Virus record (IMG/VR): IMGVR_UViG_3300022074_005559
Length of the DNA stretch: 64,000 bases
From: a virus
Taxonomy: Duplodnaviria > Caudoviricetes
Strand: one strand, 5' to 3'
Position 1 is the stretch's first letter; every line of letters begins with the position of its first letter. This document shows positions 63,977 through 64,000 of the stretch, piece after piece. A program made the position numbers and the translations under genes. The notes beneath the pieces were generated by a model. It had not been told where the DNA came from. It worked only from the letters and a program-made list of their open reading frames with translations, and did no database searches.

Positions 63977-64000
63977 ATGGCATTTGCAGACTCTAGCGTT
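63977..64000 (+). CDS. Start of a 3'-truncated early gene
   Basis: SD GAGGAGAG then ATG GCA TTT GCA. Confidence 0.5.

Noticed and set aside
1-64000. CRISPR array, tRNA or rRNA genes
   Set aside because: No regularly spaced repeats with unique spacers were seen. Intergenic gaps are short and I saw no cloverleaf or T-loop signature in them; tRNAscan-SE would be needed to exclude tRNAs formally.
1-64000. Stop-codon reassignment as in some large phages
   Set aside because: Core genes are full length in code 11, and TAG ends several genes normally (30574, 31651, 37618, 60499).

Overview
The window is part of a large T4-like myovirus genome (AT-rich, densely coded in the standard genetic code, probably an uncultured aquatic phage). 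No host genes are evident. In order it holds: the end of the gp23 major capsid gene; a 16-kb cassette of Gly/Thr/Ser-rich fibre and adhesin genes built from shared modules, bracketed by two Maf/CstII-like glycosyltransferase genes; a rearranged neck/tail region (gp15 and gp14 inverted, an early-gene island, gp13, a 1075-aa gp18 sheath, gp19, gp48/54-like, gp4); small and large terminase around a cluster of probable internal head proteins, one carrying a circularly permuted LysM; gp32, UvsX and UvsY; two tandem phosphoribosyltransferases; a 13.6-kb glycan building and decorating island; and an early region of small genes under a conserved sigma70-like promoter family. The island encodes KpsS/GT107-like and GT-A transferases, four methyltransferases, two sulfotransferases, a 2OG oxygenase, a radical SAM enzyme, an SGNH protein, a cytidylyltransferase-cupin fusion and a split WbdD-like kinase plus methyltransferase. 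The best candidate for an undescribed system is a late-expressed virion glycosylation pathway using CMP-ulosonic-acid-type transferases with methyl-phosphate capping and sulfation, possibly acting on Ser/Thr-rich fibres and a sheath with flagellin-IN-like inserts. A strong regulatory signal is four late genes that appear to be leaderless. All family assignments come from motifs read by eye; no database searches were run.
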